NCBI GenBank assembly: GCA_001771185.1
Contig: METB01000001.1
Location: 503,200-567,199, forward strand
Source: a candidate division Kazan bacterium RIFCSPHIGHO2_01_FULL_44_14
Lineage (GTDB): Bacteria > Patescibacteriota > Kazan-3B-28
Direction: 5' to 3'
DNA: 64,000 nt
Numbering within the stretch: position 1 is the stretch's first letter; every line of letters begins with the position of its first letter. A model generated the notes under the pieces. That model saw only the letters and a program-made list of their open reading frames with translations, did no database searches and was not told the DNA's origin. The translations under genes and the position numbers were made by a program. Shown here piece after piece: positions 29,645-40,248 of the stretch.

Positions 29645-30312
29645 GGTTCTGGTATACCAGTAATCTTTTAAAAGGAGTTTAGATAAAGGGTTTCTAGCCC
29701 CGACTTGTCGGGGTGATAGAGTTCCCCCGGTTCCTGGATGTCAGGAGCTGATTTTTATTTGTTCTCCTTTTTGTAAGATTGTCTGGATGTACTTTTCCAA
29801 CCAGTGAGTACTCAGAGAGCTTTAGTTTTGTTTTTCATCTTGTACCGCAAGGTGCAAGTTATTTACCGTTTTGAAATTTGTTTGTTGCAAAACAAATAAC
29901 TTTTCAGAACTTTTTTGAGAGTTTGATCCTGGCTCAGGATTAACGCTGGCGGCATGCCTAACACATGCAAGTCGAATGCCCAGTGCGTAGCACTGGGAAT
30001 GTCAAATGAAAAATGAAAAATGAAAAATGTTGGTGTCTCTGGCTTCGCCAGGATTCCGGCATTTGTAATTTGTAATTTGTAATTTGGTGTTTCCAATGCT
30101 TCGCATTGGTAGCATGGCAGACGGCTGAGTAACGCGTGGGAACTTACCTCTAAGTTGGGTATAACCTGCCGAAAGGCGGGATAATCCCCAATGTGTTCGC
30201 AAGAACAAAGATTTATCGCTTAGAGAGAGGCCTGCGTCCGATTAGCTTGTTGGTGGGGTAATGGCCTACCAAGGCACTGATCGGTAGGGGGCTTGAGAGG
30301 GTGACCCCCCAG

Positions 30313-30357
<45 letters not shown>

Positions 30358-30749
30358 AGGGATTTTCCGCAATGGACGAAAGTCTGACGGAGCAATGCCG
30401 CGTGAAGGAAGAAGGTCTTCGGATTGTAAACTTCTTTTGCTTGGGAAGATTATGACGGTACCAAGCGAATAAGACGCTGCTAACTACGTGCCAGCAGCAG
30501 CGGTAATACGTAGGCGTCGAGCGTTATCCGGATTTACTGGGCGTAAAGCGTCCGCAGGTGGGTTGACAAGTCCGATATTAAATATCCCGGCTCAACCGGG
30601 AAAAAGTGTTGGAAACTGTCGATCTTGAGATTGGGAGAGGCTGATGGAACTTATGGAGTAGGGTTGAAATCCGTAGATACCATAAGGAACACCAAAGGCG
30701 AAGGCAGTCAGCTGGCCCAATTCTGACACTCATGGACGAAAGCGTGGGT

Positions 30750-30783
<34 letters not shown>

Positions 30784-30880
30784 CCTAAACGATGGATACT
30801 AGGCATTGGTGGCATCGACCCCCTCAGTGCCGAAGCTAACGCGTTAAGTATCCCGCCTGGGGAGTACGGTCGCAAGACTA

Positions 30881-30940
<60 letters not shown>

Positions 30941-31445
30941 GTAAGCGGAGCACCTCACCAAGATTTGACATCCTGTTGAAAGCGACTGGAAACAGACGCC
31001 TCCTTTTAGGCAACAGTGACAGGTGCTGCACGGTTGTCGTCAGCTCGTGTCGTGAGATGTACGGTTAAGTCCGATAACGAGCGCAACCCCTATGTTGTGT
31101 TGTATTTTTCACAACAGACTGCCGTGGTTAACACGGAGGAAGGTGGGGATGACGTCAAATCAGCGTGGCCTTTATATCTTGGGCGACACACGTGCTACAA
31201 TGGGTAGGTCACAATGGGTTGCGATGCCGTAAGGCGGAGCTAATCCCACCAAAACTACCCCAAGTTCGGATTGAGGGCTGCAACTCGCCCTCATGAAGCT
31301 GGAATCGCTAGTAACCGCAAATCAGCCATGTTGCGGTGAATACGTTCTCGGGTCTTGTACACACCGCCCGTCACACCAAGAAAGTGAGAAACATCCGAAA
31401 TCCTCTTTTAGAGGCCTAAGGTGGAGCTCATGATCGGGGTGAAGT

Positions 31446-32211
31446 TTAACGGCTTCCCATGCAAGTAATTGCATGGTAAAATCTAACTATATCGGTGAAC
31501 TCCAAAGTAATTTGGACAACGCCGAGGGAAGTTGGGCTAGAAGCTGGGAATGTCCCAAACAAAGCAAGGAAATCTTATCCGACAGAGTCCGTTGACATCT
31601 CAAGAAGTTGAGGTGATTCAAGGGTGTTTACTCGGAGATGGAACACTTTCCAAGTCAGGAAAGAACTATCGTCTGCGAGTTGAACATAAGTCATCACATT
31701 GGGAGTATGTTGAGTGGAAATTTGCCCTTTTAAGGCGGATTTGCATGAACGAACCTAACTATGTGCCGACGCACGCATCATTGCGTTTTGGCTCAATCGG
31801 ACATCCAGAGATTACTGAGATGAGAAGACAATGGTATCGTCCGTATAAACAGATACCGTCAGGATTAGTGCTGACACCGCTAATGTTAGCGGTTTGGTTT
31901 ATGGATGATGGCACCAAGCATCGAGATACAGTTGATGTATCGGTGCAAAGTTTTTCTAGAGAAAACTTGCAGAGTTTAAGAGATCAGTTGTTGACAATGG
32001 GAGTGCAAACTACCATCAACAGTGATTCTAAGGGCAATCGACTATACTTTATTAAAAGTAGTTACCCAGTATTCAAAAAACTTGTTAAACCATACATTGT
32101 GGAATGTATGGCATATAAGTTGCCTTAACCCCGTAGAGACTATACGTTGGCTCCGTCGAAAGACGGATGAAGACATAGTCCGGCACTCTCGGTAACGAGA
32201 GGTAACAGTCG
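31446..32211 (+). mobile_element. Group I intron in 16S (after the U equivalent to E. coli U1495)
   Basis: Splits GAAGT|CGTAACAAGG; P1 GAAGU/GCUUC with U.G at the splice site; P7 GAGACTA/TAGTCC; terminal G. Confidence 0.93.
31550..32128 (+). CDS. Intron-encoded LAGLIDADG homing endonuclease (two motifs)
   Basis: IQGCLLGDG and LAVWFMDDG motifs. Confidence 0.93.
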   Translation: MSQTKQGNLIRQSPLTSQEVEVIQGCLLGDGTLSKSGKNYRLRVEHKSSHWEYVEWKFALLRRICMNEPNYVPTHASLRFGSIGHPEITEMRRQWYRPYKQIPSGLVLTPLMLAVWFMDDGTKHRDTVDVSVQSFSRENLQSLRDQLLTMGVQTTINSDSKGNRLYFIKSSYPVFKKLVKPYIVECMAYKLP

Positions 32212-32978
32212 CGTAACAAGGTATCCGTATCGGAAGGTGCGGATGGAACACCTCCTTTCTAGGGAGAAAAATTTAATGTTTGGCAATCTTGAATAAAGAA
32301 AGTTGAATATTCAAATTCTTCCCGAGAAGAATCGGTCGATTCTGCTATTTCTATAGCGGAATACATAGTTCTCTGGGTACTCATTGGTTAGAAAAATAAC
32401 GAGCACCGCCGAAAGGCGGTGCTCGTTATTTAAGCGTTCACGCCCCGCTTGACTGGGCGGTTCTTTTACCACCCCATTTGCTTGCCTGCCTGCCGGTAGG
32501 TAGGTCCAAATGGGGTGGTGCCCCAAAAGACACCCCACTCACAAATTATTAGCCAAACAGAAAAATTTTCTTTCTGGCTTCCCGCCCGCACCGCATACGC
32601 GGAGCGTTTCGGGCAGGTCGGCGAGCTCTCTCCCTTCGGTCGTTCAAACAACGCCTTCGCTGCGAAAATTTCTCTATTGGCTGACATAATTTGTTCGATG
32701 GGTCCCAACAGAAATAGATAACTTCGTCCTAGGGCCATTTAAAAGAAGCTCAATTCAGCCTGCCTGCCGGTAGGCATACTCCGATATTCGATTAAGAAAA
32801 AATAATTTCTCGGTTAGCACGGGACCTCGCTGCTCATTTTTTCCACATTTATAATAACAAAACAGAGCCGTTAGGCGATTTTTTGATGTCTGGGAGTAAC
32901 TTGTCAGATAGGGGAAGGTCTGGTACACTCCGGCCATCTGTCCCTGATGGGATGTTCTTTTCTAAGGAGGTTATGGTT

Positions 32979-33971
32979 ATGGAAAATCCTGTGGCCACTC
33001 AATGTCGCAGTATACCGAGCCAGGAAGAGGTACGGAACGAGATTCGGCTGATGGCCAACGAACTGGGTGTAGAGGATAAAGATGTTGGCCAGTTGCTGAA
33101 TTTTTATGCCGGGGACCGCGGGAAACTATTCGGCAACATCACCGTTCAGCGCGGTGAAGAACTGTTGGCGCATGGCGTTCTTGGTTTAATCTGGCTATTG
33201 ACTCACTTTCCGCTTCAAAATCAGCGTACTGTGGTGTTACGCAACAATATCGCCCAGGCCTTTGTAGCACATCCGGCTACATCTGAGGACGATCTTAAAC
33301 TTGGTGTGGGCGATTATCGGCGGGCGTTATTGGCTCTGGAGGGCGGATGTTGTCCGCGAGTTTGTCGCTGGCTATTGCGCTATGGTGGCGGTTTTGGGGC
33401 CAATGAACAACAGATAGCCAACGAATCTGCTACTAGATTAATTCAGCACGTCCAGTATGCCGATGATCTACTATTAATCATCGGACATAGTTATGTCAGC
33501 CAGGAGTTGCAGATACAGGCAATGACGATGTTGAGTCAAAGAGCCGGCCAATTTCACATTGTCAGCGATCAGTACCTGGTTAACATGATGCGCAAAGTGA
33601 TTGGTAGACCGGCTTTGTATGCAGATGCCTGTCGAGTATTGCTGGAATTGCCGGTACATCTTGAGGAAAAGCGAGAGGCCATCTACCAATCAATCAAGTC
33701 CTGGGAAAAAACGCGCTATCTCGGCGATGATGGTGAACCCATATCGGGAGTGACTAGTGATACTCATTATGTCAGTCCAGAGGTGGCGAACTCGGCATAT
33801 CAGGTCTTATTCTCACTCGGGCTGACTGCCCGCGGAGTGCAATGGCTATATCAAGCAGGTCACGGAACGCGACTCCTGCCGATATTATGGGCTAGACGTA
33901 ACGAGTGTGAAAGTGTCTTGGCCAGATTAGAAATTTTAAGCTGGGCTTGTCGATGCCATTGGGACTATTGA
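32979..33971 (+). CDS. Hypothetical helical protein
   Basis: AAGGAGG RBS 8 nt before ATG; downstream hairpin. Confidence 0.65.
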   Translation: MENPVATQCRSIPSQEEVRNEIRLMANELGVEDKDVGQLLNFYAGDRGKLFGNITVQRGEELLAHGVLGLIWLLTHFPLQNQRTVVLRNNIAQAFVAHPATSEDDLKLGVGDYRRALLALEGGCCPRVCRWLLRYGGGFGANEQQIANESATRLIQHVQYADDLLLIIGHSYVSQELQIQAMTMLSQRAGQFHIVSDQYLVNMMRKVIGRPALYADACRVLLELPVHLEEKREAIYQSIKSWEKTRYLGDDGEPISGVTSDTHYVSPEVANSAYQVLFSLGLTARGVQWLYQAGHGTRLLPILWARRNECESVLARLEILSWACRCHWDY

Positions 33972-34160
33972 TGTACTTTTTTATTGCGACTAAAGCGCCG
34001 TTACTTGGACGGCGCTTTTTATTATTTATGGTGGACCTGTCTGCCGACAGGCAGGCCCGGGCGGACTTCCCTGCTGGCTACGGGGGCCCTGCGCTCGCTA
34101 CAACAAGGAAGACAACAATTCATATAAGCAGCATCGTGAGCGAACCGCCACTATCTTTAT

Positions 34161-34237
34161 TGGTGGAGATGGGGAGATTCGAACTCCCGACCTCCTGCTT
34201 GCAAAGCAGGCGCTCTAACCAACTGAGCTACATCCCC
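34161..34237 (-). tRNA. tRNA-Ala (TGC)
   Basis: Cloverleaf, G3.U70 pair, CCA. Confidence 0.97.
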
Positions 34238-34351
34238 AATTTATAAATGCAGTGTTCTACCAGATGCCTGTCCACCAAAGTGATATCTATGTTCCAAGTG
34301 GCTAATGACCTATTTGTGATGAGATTGAACGACGGTGGAAACTACGGGCCC

Positions 34352-34573
34352 CTAAACCCCAAAAAATCCTAATGTGATGCGGTCAAATCCTATCAGAAAA
34401 CCCATAGCGATGGCAATTAGTCCGAATAAAATATAGGCCGTATAAGTGCCACCGGCTCCTAGATAGCGTTCTGCCCAGCCAATCTTGTATCCAATCAAGG
34501 TAGCTAACTTTTTATGATAGATAACAAGTAGAGTTCCCCCGAACACCCCCAAAATAAAGAAGAAAAATCGCAT
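34352..34573 (-). CDS. Small membrane protein
   Basis: Two TM segments flanking IGWAERYLGAGGT. Confidence 0.75.
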   Translation of the reverse strand: MRFFFFILGVFGGTLLVIYHKKLATLIGYKIGWAERYLGAGGTYTAYILFGLIAIAMGFLIGFDRITLGFFGV

Positions 34574-34766
34574 GCTGTTATTATACCAATTTCATTGATA
34601 CAGACCGATTTTTTTGGTACTCTGGCAGGTGTTGGTGCCTAAATTCTCCATCCAAATCCGTGAACTAGGCCGTAGGCCGTTTACAGATTTGAGAGGAGCA
34701 ACACCGAGCGCCAAGAGCCGAGCGAGCATGCCGAGCTCGTGCGTACCTCGAGGTTGTTGTGACGAG

Positions 34767-34843
34767 GGGCGTGTAGCTCAGTTGGTTAGAGCGCTGTCCT
34801 GATAAGACAGAGGTCCCTGGTTCGAATCCAGGCACGCCCACCA
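34767..34843 (+). tRNA. tRNA-Ile (GAT)
   Basis: Cloverleaf, CTGATAA loop, CCA. Confidence 0.97.
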
Positions 34844-34961
34844 GTCTTCGCTACCTTCAGTAGCTACGCCTGGCTCCGCCAGCGAACTCGAAGACTGCCC
34901 TGCGTAGCTCGTTAGAGCGAAGCATGGGCTAATATTAAAAAAGCAGGGTGCCATTGGCACC

Positions 34962-35180
34962 CTATTGATGTACTGCTAGCGATTTGTCCTTGCGGACGTT
35001 TTCTGCAACAGCCCTTTTGAGTGCGACGGAAAGGTCGATGGCTGATTGTCTCATCTTGGGAGAACGTTCTTGCTGTTCGCGTTCGAGTGTCGCAAGGCAC
35101 TTCGTGCAAGTTTGGGTCGCTCGAGAATCAAGCAACGGTTTGTGGCATCGCCAACAGTTCGGTGAAAAAGTTCTAGACAA
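34962..35180 (-). CDS. Small putative zinc-finger protein
   Basis: AGGAGG RBS before a TTG start; CWRC...CTKC. Confidence 0.55.
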   Translation of the reverse strand: MSRTFSPNCWRCHKPLLDSRATQTCTKCLATLEREQQERSPKMRQSAIDLSVALKRAVAENVRKDKSLAVHQ

Positions 35181-35319
35181 AGGAACACCTCCTAAAGGAC
35201 AAATAACACTTTGATTATACTTTAAAACAGCCGATATTATTATTGGTTGACCGCAGTCAAACACAATGCTATCCTATAGACGATTTTTAGTACCTTAACA
35301 TCACAGGGGGTGATGTGCT

Positions 35320-36297
35320 TTGAGAAAGTTTGTTTTATTGTGTGTTGTAATGCTGTTGTTGGGATGCCAGGGTAGCGCCCCTTGTGTCAAAAGTAATATC
35401 CACCACAATGACGCACTAACCAGTAATCCGTACTATGTGTTGGTGTCTAAGTTTTGGGAGGAAAGAGCGCGACTAACCTCCAAGCCGTCTTTTGGGGGAG
35501 ATGTAGCAGTAGGCGACTTGCATCATATTCTTGAGCCTCTTGGTCCCAATAGTATAGGGATTTCTGCGCTACCTCCAGAAAGATACAGTTTGGTCTGGTC
35601 GTATCGCAATGTCGGTGATTACGATTGGGACGGAGAAGTGTCTGTTGCTGATATTACTCAGGTTGCCGACTTTTTTGGCTATACAGCACCTGATGGTCAA
35701 ACTCCCTCGTACAAACTAAAGGCTGACGGTGACGGGAACGGCGAAGTGGGAGTATCGGACATTACTCCGATTGCTTACAATTATCTATCTGCAGTTAGCG
35801 GGTATATCATCCAGGGTTCGCAACTGGATGGTGAATTTACCGACATTGTTCAAATTGACGACGAAGCTTTAGGGGTGCAGATATTCCACGGTTGGCACAA
35901 GACGATTTCATGGGATTGTACTGGTCAAGAGTATGACTTGTTTAGGGTTGTCCCGGTGGACCTCAATGGTCAACGGAGTTCTCCCTCCAACATTGCTGGA
36001 TCGGTCTGGATTCAACCGAACATTCTCTCTGTTTCTCCAACGTGGGTTTGGTCGGGGGGTGGTGAGCCAAGCTATGTAGGACAAGAAATCACATTTTCTG
36101 TCGAACTATCCGAAGAGTCGGTTCCTCCGTTTGCTTATGATTGGGACTTTGGCGGGGCGTCTGCTCCTAACACATCAACGGAACAACAAGTGATGGTAAA
36201 TATGACGGAAATTGGAGAGTTTTGGATTCACATCTCAGTTTCAAACCAATGGGGAACAGATAGCTGGTCATTTCCAGTTGTTGTTAATCCGGTTTAA
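35320..36297 (+). CDS. Lipoprotein with dockerin-like calcium loops and a C-terminal PKD domain
   Basis: LLGC lipobox; GDYDWDGEVSVADI and DGDGNGEVGVSDI; YDWDFGG. Confidence 0.75.
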   Translation: MRKFVLLCVVMLLLGCQGSAPCVKSNIHHNDALTSNPYYVLVSKFWEERARLTSKPSFGGDVAVGDLHHILEPLGPNSIGISALPPERYSLVWSYRNVGDYDWDGEVSVADITQVADFFGYTAPDGQTPSYKLKADGDGNGEVGVSDITPIAYNYLSAVSGYIIQGSQLDGEFTDIVQIDDEALGVQIFHGWHKTISWDCTGQEYDLFRVVPVDLNGQRSSPSNIAGSVWIQPNILSVSPTWVWSGGGEPSYVGQEITFSVELSEESVPPFAYDWDFGGASAPNTSTEQQVMVNMTEIGEFWIHISVSNQWGTDSWSFPVVVNPV

Positions 36298-36357
36298 AAG
36301 TAGTTCTTTTGGGCGCTCACGATAAGTGAGCGCCTTTTATTTCTTATGTGAATTGGA

Positions 36358-36981
36358 CTACTTCTCCCAATACTTTTCTTCGATATTTCCAGCAAAGTAT
36401 TCGTAGCGTTCAAGGGTAAAAAGTAAATCCGACAACCGATTGGAAAACTTGCGGATGACTGGGTCAACTTCTTCGGTTTCAGCTAACGAGACAATCATTC
36501 GTTCGGTTCGGCGACAAGTAGTTCTGGCAACTGACAAAAATGCCCCGGCTTTGTTTTGCCCTGGGACAATAAAAGTGGTGATAGGAAGCAAATCGGTATT
36601 GAAATAATCAATGCATTTTTCTAGTCCGGTCACTTCTAGTTCAGTGATGATTGGTAACCGAGCTGGCCCGCCTGCAGCGCTATGCCAGCCCGCAGTAGTT
36701 ACAGCGTTTCTGGCGGGCGTAGCATTGCGGGCAGGGTCAGTATTGTTTAGTGGGCTAGCCAAAATTGAAGCACTATTCATTAATTTATGCTGAATCCGCT
36801 CCAGCAGTTTTTTAATATCAGGCACATTGCTAAAAATTTTGGCCACACCGATGGCGGTATTTAATTCATCAATCGTTCCGTAGGTCTGCACTCTTAAAGA
36901 GGCCTTACTAATCCTGGGGCCGTTAAACAGGCCAGTAGTACCGTCATCGCCTTTGCGGGTATAAATCTTGGGGAGTTCCAT
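36358..36981 (-). CDS. PduO-type cob(I)alamin adenosyltransferase with an in-frame palindromic insertion
   Basis: KIYTRKGDDGTT, YGTIDELN, RTTCRRTER, NRLSDLLF. Confidence 0.93.
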   Translation of the reverse strand: MELPKIYTRKGDDGTTGLFNGPRISKASLRVQTYGTIDELNTAIGVAKIFSNVPDIKKLLERIQHKLMNSASILASPLNNTDPARNATPARNAVTTAGWHSAAGGPARLPIITELEVTGLEKCIDYFNTDLLPITTFIVPGQNKAGAFLSVARTTCRRTERMIVSLAETEEVDPVIRKFSNRLSDLLFTLERYEYFAGNIEEKYWEK

Positions 36982-37169
36982 CCCTCGGTACCTCGGGATT
37001 ACATCTATAACAAGTTATCTTATCAGACCTCTGATAGAATGGAAATACTAAGTCCAAAGCACGAAATCTTGAACAAGCACCGAATCGCAATTGTTATAAA
37101 TAATGTTTGGGATTTAGAATTTGGAATTTGTTTAGTATTTAGATATTAGGATTTAGAATTTAATTGTTT

Positions 37170-37919
37170 ATGGCTACCATTAAGACATCGGGGATTATTA
37201 TCAGGAAGTTGAATCTGGGCGAAGCAGATAAGATTTTAACTGTGTTAACGCGTGACCGAGGGAAAATTCGAGTGCTGGCCAAAGGAGTCAGACGACCCAA
37301 AGCCAAGTTGTCTGGATTCTCGGATATTTTTCATTACAACGATTTTATTTTGGCCGAAGGACGCAATTGGGACATTGTAACCTCGGCTGTAACAATAGAA
37401 CGATTTTTGCGGGATGATACGGCTTTGGAGCAAATCGGTTTGATGTATTATGTTTGCGAATTGACGGATAAATTGATTGAAGAGACCCAGACCGTTCTGG
37501 GTAGTTTTGAATTATTGCGAGAGACATTAGCGTATATGAAAAATCATCCTGGCTCTACCATTGCCAGAAGTTATTTCGAAATGAAATTATTAACTTTACT
37601 GGGTTTTGCGCCCCAGTTAAATCGATGTGTGGTAGGTGGTCAACTATTTAAAGACGACGAACAATTGCGTTTCAGTTGTATTTTGGGCGGGGTGGTATCC
37701 AAAGCTCACAGTACGGCCGATGAATTGGCTCGGCCAATTTCGGTTAATGCCTTGAAATGGTTGCGGTTACTTCAGCGATATCCCTTGGAGGGGATTGATA
37801 AAATAAAAGTTGATGATGACACAATCAAGCAAGCGACTAGCGTGTTGTCGGATTTTGTGGAGTATGCAACAGAAGTAAAGACCAAGTCATTGTTGGTAAT
37901 GGGGCAATTGGAGGATTAG
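37170..37919 (+). CDS. recO: DNA repair protein RecO
   Basis: LGEADKILTVLTRDRGKI..AKGVRRPK; FEMKLLTLLGFAP. Confidence 0.95.
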   Translation: MATIKTSGIIIRKLNLGEADKILTVLTRDRGKIRVLAKGVRRPKAKLSGFSDIFHYNDFILAEGRNWDIVTSAVTIERFLRDDTALEQIGLMYYVCELTDKLIEETQTVLGSFELLRETLAYMKNHPGSTIARSYFEMKLLTLLGFAPQLNRCVVGGQLFKDDEQLRFSCILGGVVSKAHSTADELARPISVNALKWLRLLQRYPLEGIDKIKVDDDTIKQATSVLSDFVEYATEVKTKSLLVMGQLED

Positions 37920-38308
37920 TTGATGAGCGTTAGGCGACGCTCAACCCGTCGGCACTTTGTCTTGGCAAAGTGCCCAAACCGCCCCGCCAGTCGTCGGGCT
38001 TGTTCGCCGAATAAAATTAGCTTTCTTCGCTTTCGGCAAACTCGCCTACGGCTCAAACAGTGCCTTCGCCTGTGCTAATTTTATTGGTTCAAGACAGCCC
38101 TCCTCCAATGGCGGACGAAGAGGAATAGAGAATCAACTTTGCTGGATGTGGATTTCAGGATCTAGATGCTGAAATAAATTCAGCATGACGGAGTTAGCGA
38201 CGGCGTTTGTTATGAAAAGCTTGATGCACCCCGGTACCAAATAAACCGGAAATTATTGCCGTAATTTCAGCGGTATGTTGGTACGGGGCAGGCTTCTTGA
38301 GCGTGTGG

Positions 38309-39232
38309 CTATCTCTGTCGTTTGTTATGAAACGCTGAATGAACTTCTCGGAGTTGTTTGTTGGTAATGTGGGTGTAGACCTGGGTGGTGGTAATCGAAG
38401 CGTGGCCGAGTAGGGCTTGGACCGAACGAATGTCGGCACCATTAATTAACAAATCAGTCGCATAGGAGTGACGCAGAGTATGTGGCGTCACTTTTTTTAC
38501 AATTCCGGCTTTGGTGGCGTACTTTTGAATAATTCGTTGAACTGAGCGGGGGGTCAGGTTTTCAGCGTTGGTATTTAACGCGTGTGCAATAAATACAAAT
38601 TCGTTGTTGTCTTTCCGTTTGTCTAGATAACGATGTAAAGATGCTTTGGCATCACCGGATAAAAAGACCACTCGCGGTTTATCGCCTTTTCCGCGGACCA
38701 TAAATTCACCGCGTTGAAGATTAATTTTATCGCGGGTGAGGGAGGTTAGTTCCGAGACCCGTAAACCGGTAGAAAATAATGTCTCGAGAATAGCTGTATC
38801 GCGCAAATTTTGTAAGTGATTATTTTGTGGTACGGCTTCTAAAATATCTTCGACTTCGTTTGCCTCCAAGAACTCAACCGTGCGTTCGGGAATTTTACTT
38901 AATTCAATTTTTTCGGCTGACAGGGTTTTAACATCTTGTTTGGATAAAAATTTCAGAAAAGCTCTAAGGGCAATAATGTGGTAGTTTTGAGTAATTAATT
39001 TAAGTGGTCGGTCACTATTATCAGTGGTCCGATTTAAATGTTGGCGATATTTGCGAACTAACGGCAAAGTAATGTGGGCAGGGGATAGGTTCTGTTGTCC
39101 AGCAGAATTAGCAAATTCTACAAATCGCTTCAGATAATGATCGTAATTCTGCAGGGTTTTTGGACTCCGGTTTTTTTCGATCTCTAAATAATCGAGAAAG
39201 TCCTGAATGTAGTTTTTTAGGTTACTGCTCAT
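38309..39232 (-). CDS. xerC: Tyrosine recombinase, XerC/XerD type
   Basis: TGLRVSEL, HTLRHSYAT, LLGH..TTQVY catalytic residues. Confidence 0.92.
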   Translation of the reverse strand: MSSNLKNYIQDFLDYLEIEKNRSPKTLQNYDHYLKRFVEFANSAGQQNLSPAHITLPLVRKYRQHLNRTTDNSDRPLKLITQNYHIIALRAFLKFLSKQDVKTLSAEKIELSKIPERTVEFLEANEVEDILEAVPQNNHLQNLRDTAILETLFSTGLRVSELTSLTRDKINLQRGEFMVRGKGDKPRVVFLSGDAKASLHRYLDKRKDNNEFVFIAHALNTNAENLTPRSVQRIIQKYATKAGIVKKVTPHTLRHSYATDLLINGADIRSVQALLGHASITTTQVYTHITNKQLREVHSAFHNKRQR

Positions 39233-39329
39233 GTTAATATTGTACGACATTATTGGTCAAAAAGGTTTGACTAGAATTGAATTTTTATTCGACTGACAAT
39301 GAAGATGGTTTTGTACTTTAACAAGGAGA

Positions 39330-40019
39330 GTGATTCAGGTGAAAGGAAAGGTGAAGAGACGGTCGATTGCGGAATTGATTGGGATAACTTCGGCGGGTGA
39401 TGCCGAGATCCAATTCGATACCGAAAGAGTCACGCCTAAACGAGAAGGTAAGGTGATTACTTTGCCACTTGCAAATCCTCGGTGTGAGGAATTTTATCCG
39501 CTGGTTGGGGGGAGACAGTTTTTGTACCACAGCAGTAGCGGACAGTTGTGGTTCGGGGGGACGGAAGAAAAACCGTTTCTGGTCGAATTGAATCCGACGG
39601 CGTCTCTGGACTATCTAGGGAGTTATCTCGCGGACGGTGAGGAAGGGTTTTTTGACTTGTTGAGACCTCGGTTTCTTAAGCGGATAGAGTCGGATCTAGG
39701 GATAACTGCCAAACGCCAAGGCGATATTTTTGCGCTCCGGTTGACGGGGGGTTGGGCTGATTCTGAACTGAAGTTCTTTATGCGAGCATTTGAAATGAGT
39801 GTGGGTTCTCCCAAACCACAGGCGGGAAATCATTTCGTGTTCGAGACGCGACACAAACTTCAGGGCGAATATATTCTTATCAAGCTCGGCCAGGGCACTG
39901 ATATCGCTCTGGGGGCTGGAGTGTTGATGAATCCTGACCATACGACGATGCGGCTTGAGGATGGGATTTATTTAATGCAACAGACCGCTGGCTTGATGAA
40001 TCCCAAACAGGCCGATTAG
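39330..40019 (+). CDS. Hypothetical protein
   Basis: AAGGAG RBS; RQGDIF..H..PDH pattern; downstream hairpin. Confidence 0.65.
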   Translation: MIQVKGKVKRRSIAELIGITSAGDAEIQFDTERVTPKREGKVITLPLANPRCEEFYPLVGGRQFLYHSSSGQLWFGGTEEKPFLVELNPTASLDYLGSYLADGEEGFFDLLRPRFLKRIESDLGITAKRQGDIFALRLTGGWADSELKFFMRAFEMSVGSPKPQAGNHFVFETRHKLQGEYILIKLGQGTDIALGAGVLMNPDHTTMRLEDGIYLMQQTAGLMNPKQAD

Positions 40020-40248
40020 GTTGTACCTTGCGCACCTTAATACCGCTATCCAATTTTGGATAGCGGTATTTTTAAATATCCTTTGGCCCTACCTACCGGC
40101 AATCCCAATTGGTTCGATGGGTCTCGAGAATATCGACATCACATCTCGGGTAGGGTGGAGTGGGGAGCAGAGCCACTTGCCCTTTAGGGTCGGCTTTTGC
40201 CGATGGCTCGATGAGGGGAGAACACACCTCGTGCTCACCTCATAGTGT

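Noticed and set aside
37040-37161. Repeat tracts as a CRISPR array
   Set aside because: Degenerate 7-mers without unique spacers, and no cas genes in the window
38309-39232. Tyrosine recombinase as a prophage or island integrase
   Set aside because: Xer-like size and motifs, housekeeping neighbours and no phage genes; no convincing dif site seen
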